From NCBI GenBank assembly GCA_002704665.1, contig PAHB01000075.1:1-38949 (forward strand): a DNA stretch of 38,949 nucleotides, in the 5' to 3' direction. Position numbers and translations under genes: made by a program. Numbering within the stretch: position 1 is the stretch's first letter; each line of letters opens with the position of its first letter. The notes below the pieces were generated by a model. The model had not been told where the DNA came from. It did not search any database and saw only the letters and a list, made by a program, of their open reading frames with translations. This document shows positions 36,840 to 38,949 of this stretch, piece after piece. The stretch is from Pseudomonadota bacterium. Its GTDB lineage: Bacteria > Pseudomonadota > Gammaproteobacteria > Burkholderiales > Eutrophovitaceae.

Positions 36840-37289
36840 TTAGTTATGCCACGATCCAATATCAGAGTTGGATCCTTCTCCGCCCGGCTGCCCGTCTGCT
36901 CCTAAAGAAAAAATATCAAAACTACCGTGAACTCCGGGAAAAAGGTATTGATAGTTTTTTCCCCAGGGATCGGCAGGCAATCTATCAATGTAGCCTCCTG
37001 TCTTCCAATTGGGAGGAATGGGTCTTGTTTGCGGTTTTTTGATTAATGATTCTAAACCTTGCTTGGTAGTGGGATACTGATAATTATCTAATTTATATAA
37101 TGAAATCGCCTGCATTAAAGTAGCGATATCTTGTTTGGCTGCCATAAGTCTCGCGTCGTCGGTACGCCCGACCAGCTGTGGCACCAGAAGCGATGCTAAA
37201 ATCCCCATAATTACCACCACGACCATAATTTCAATGAGTGAAAAACCTGAAATGCTACGCGATTTGGCTAAAGAGCTTTTATTAATCAT
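36840..37289 (-). CDS. gspG: type II secretion system major pseudopilin GspG
   Basis: 149 aa with SGFSLIEIMVVVVIMGILASLLVP, AKQDI...LYKLDNYQYPT and DPWGKNYQY...FSLGADGQPGGEG, all characteristic of GspG. Confidence 0.92.
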   Translation of the reverse strand: MINKSSLAKSRSISGFSLIEIMVVVVIMGILASLLVPQLVGRTDDARLMAAKQDIATLMQAISLYKLDNYQYPTTKQGLESLIKKPQTRPIPPNWKTGGYIDRLPADPWGKNYQYLFPGVHGSFDIFSLGADGQPGGEGSNSDIGSWHN

Positions 37290-37390
37290 GATTTTTAAAA
37301 CTCCCTCTAATTTTTGATTCAGATTTCCAAAAAATATTTTACTCAGCGGTACAATACATTAACTATGCTTGATCGTAAATTCTAGGATAA

Positions 37391-38146
37391 TTATTGATTA
37401 AAGGAGGGGGAGCGAAAAATATTATTTATTCGCCAAAACCCCGACATCCGAGCTAGTTCAATAGTTGGCATTTTTTGGGAAGACATCTGCATTATTGCCC
37501 ATTGACTTGCGAGAAATTTTGCTATTGTTCTGTGTTGTGGACGACAAACAAAAGTTTGTGCTCCGGAACATGTCAAGTCAATTCCGCTTGGATATACGTG
37601 TTGCGCTTTTTCTACGATTGCCCAGATTAGATGCATTGGGGGTGCGCTATGAGCATATTCGAGAGCTTTTTGTCTGGCTACATTCCTTTGCACTATTTTT
37701 TTTCTTATTATTTTGCTGGATCTATCAAAAGCCCTATGTTTGATCGGGGATTGCATAATGGGTCGAAAGGGTTCTCCAAGAACTGTTCCGCGCACTCTTT
37801 CTTCACTTTTTTTACTCGGGTCAGTATCGTTCTCTTTTGCTGGTTTGGTAAAGCCTTTCTCAATCGAGTGTACTAATTTATTTTCTTTATTGCTTTTCTC
37901 CAGATATATTTTCAACTGGGGAGTGTTAAAAATTAAATTAGGACGTATATTAATCACGGTCATTGGAATAAGAAGAAGGATGATATGAAAAAAAGCAGAA
38001 AGTAATATCGTCCCAATTAATATTTTGCCTTGAAAACAATTATGGCCCCATCCGGGGCCATAATTACTATTTCGGTTACTGAAATTAATATTATTGTTTA
38101 ACACCTTGAATGACTGAAGGAGCAGCGTCCCAGTTGACAGCATCAT
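37391..38146 (-). CDS. hypothetical bitopic membrane protein (unrecognised family), at the head of the T2SS operon
   Basis: 251 aa with one TM helix (ILIGTILLSAFFHIILLLIP), a Lys/Glu/Pro-rich linker and a basic C-terminal domain of about 120 aa with 2 Cys. The only ATG starts (38146/38143) overlap the upstream ORF by 56/53 nt in a different frame. Confidence 0.5.
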   Translation of the reverse strand: MMLSTGTLLLQSFKVLNNNINFSNRNSNYGPGWGHNCFQGKILIGTILLSAFFHIILLLIPMTVINIRPNLIFNTPQLKIYLEKSNKENKLVHSIEKGFTKPAKENDTDPSKKSEERVRGTVLGEPFRPIMQSPIKHRAFDRSSKIIRKKIVQRNVARQKALEYAHSAPPMHLIWAIVEKAQHVYPSGIDLTCSGAQTFVCRPQHRTIAKFLASQWAIMQMSSQKMPTIELARMSGFWRINNIFRSPSFNQ

Positions 38147-38949
38147 AATCGCCTGGGTAATAGTTTGTATTCGCCGCCATCGATGGATCTTTGGCGTCTC
38201 CGGTTAATACCTGCGCAGCCGGTAGGTTTGCTGCTGACCCCATGGATATATTTTGCGCACTAGCAGTAATACCACTGTCCGGCTTAAAACGAAGTTCTCG
38301 CTCCAACCATTTCACCCATTTCGTTGCAGAATTTATTGTTACATAACCATTGGAATCGGACGGAATTGTGAACGCAGGAACGTATCTTGTGCCTTCCCCG
38401 CAATCGACCTCTTGGTTGGTTGTCGATGAAAAACATTTGCCCGGTATACCGTGGAGTTCTCCGAAACCCATGAATTCAAGCCGGAGCGGCGCTCCTGCAA
38501 AATCACCGTAGGGTACTGTCCCGCTCGTATTAGCTGGAACTGTGAAGCTTGCACCTTCTGGTGCGGTAAATTCCAGGTAGGTATTATCAGATTTCTTTAA
38601 GAATGTGGCTGAGTTCCAGTCTTGTGTACCAGTCTCCCAAACGTAATAAGATGCTAAGTCGTTAGCTTTCCAATCGCAATACTTACTGGAATCCCAATCA
38701 CATTGCAGACTCGTAAGATCACTGCTAGCTACTAATGGTCCCGTTCGAACTCCCCATTCAAATCTTCCAGATAGTTTTCCACTTGGAAGTGCAGTGCTGT
38801 TGACAACTGCTGATGCACAGTCCGTGAGCGTATACGCATTGGTGTCCCAGGTGTAAGTCTCAACAGATCCAGCCCCGACATTACCCCATTGATTATATGT
38901 TCCCGCCGTGAATGGTGAATCACTGTCGCTAATTACATCCAAGGATGCA
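38091..38949 (-). CDS. hypothetical, probably extracytoplasmic protein, 5'-truncated by the window edge
   Basis: The frame is open to base 38949; the ORF track's M at 38942 is a TTG. The sequence is rich in W/Y/T/S/G/N/D and poor in K/R. It has close Cys pairs (QCDWDSSKYC, KCFSSTTNQEVDC) suggesting disulfide loops. No family recognised. Confidence 0.5.
   Translation of the reverse strand, partial: ASLDVISDSDSPFTAGTYNQWGNVGAGSVETYTWDTNAYTLTDCASAVVNSTALPSGKLSGRFEWGVRTGPLVASSDLTSLQCDWDSSKYCDWKANDLASYYVWETGTQDWNSATFLKKSDNTYLEFTAPEGASFTVPANTSGTVPYGDFAGAPLRLEFMGFGELHGIPGKCFSSTTNQEVDCGEGTRYVPAFTIPSDSNGYVTINSATKWVKWLERELRFKPDSGITASAQNISMGSAANLPAAQVLTGDAKDPSMAANTNYYPGDYDAVNWDAAPSVIQGVKQ

Noticed and set aside
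1-38949. Mobile elements, genomic-island borders, CRISPR arrays, tRNA/rRNA genes, toxin-antitoxin pairs and known defence-system genes.
   Set aside because: I found no transposase, integrase or recombinase-like ORF, no regularly spaced direct repeats, no tRNA-like structure in the few intergenic gaps, and no small paired ORFs of toxin-antitoxin type. The window reads as core-like metabolic and secretion DNA.

Overview
This is an AT-rich, very tightly packed proteobacterial chromosome segment with about 40 supportable CDS. I see no rRNA, tRNA, CRISPR, transposase, integrase, phage, toxin-antitoxin or recognisable defence genes. Positions 411-26531 form an enzyme-only catabolic island of 25 CDS. 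It holds an acyl-CoA ligase coupled to an M20 deacylase, two SDRs, a DadA-type FAD dehydrogenase, a HisD-family paralog, an orphan SufU, and an MlrC/M81 peptidase with a class-III aminotransferase. It also holds four acyl-CoA dehydrogenases (a tandem pair, an ACAD10/FadE2-like enzyme and a glutaryl-CoA dehydrogenase), two MaoC hydratases, a ComB-family protein and a small secreted DUF1311-like protein. The remainder are a DapA-family lyase, an HpaI-type aldolase, an HpaH/MhpD-type hydratase, a hotdog thioesterase, a 2-hydroxyacid dehydrogenase and a Tat-exported IorAB-type molybdoenzyme with XdhC. No transcription factor or uptake transporter is recognisable in this stretch. Positions 26546-37289 (minus strand) hold a complete type II secretion cluster in the order gspG-H-I-J-K-L-M-N, gspD-E-F, then a minimal 135-aa GspC-like gene. 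Two unrecognised genes sit at its head (37391-38949): a bitopic basic membrane protein and a Cys-paired, probably extracytoplasmic protein that runs off the window. Non-coding structure is sparse. There is one strong intrinsic terminator (21585-21619), nested palindromes at the predicted iorAB promoter (18752-18793), and a hairpin motif present twice (18651-18673 and 23531-23552). My best candidates for something undescribed are three. (a) The unknown gene pair heading the T2SS operon, taken together with the stripped-down GspC. (b) The DadA-HisD paralog-SufU module. (c) The ACAD pair-MaoC-ComB-DUF1311 operon. Candidates (b) and (c) combine families known from organosulfonate or amino-alcohol metabolism, but no desulfonating enzyme is in view. 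None of this can be confirmed from sequence alone, and most of the window is ordinary, well-recognised enzymology.
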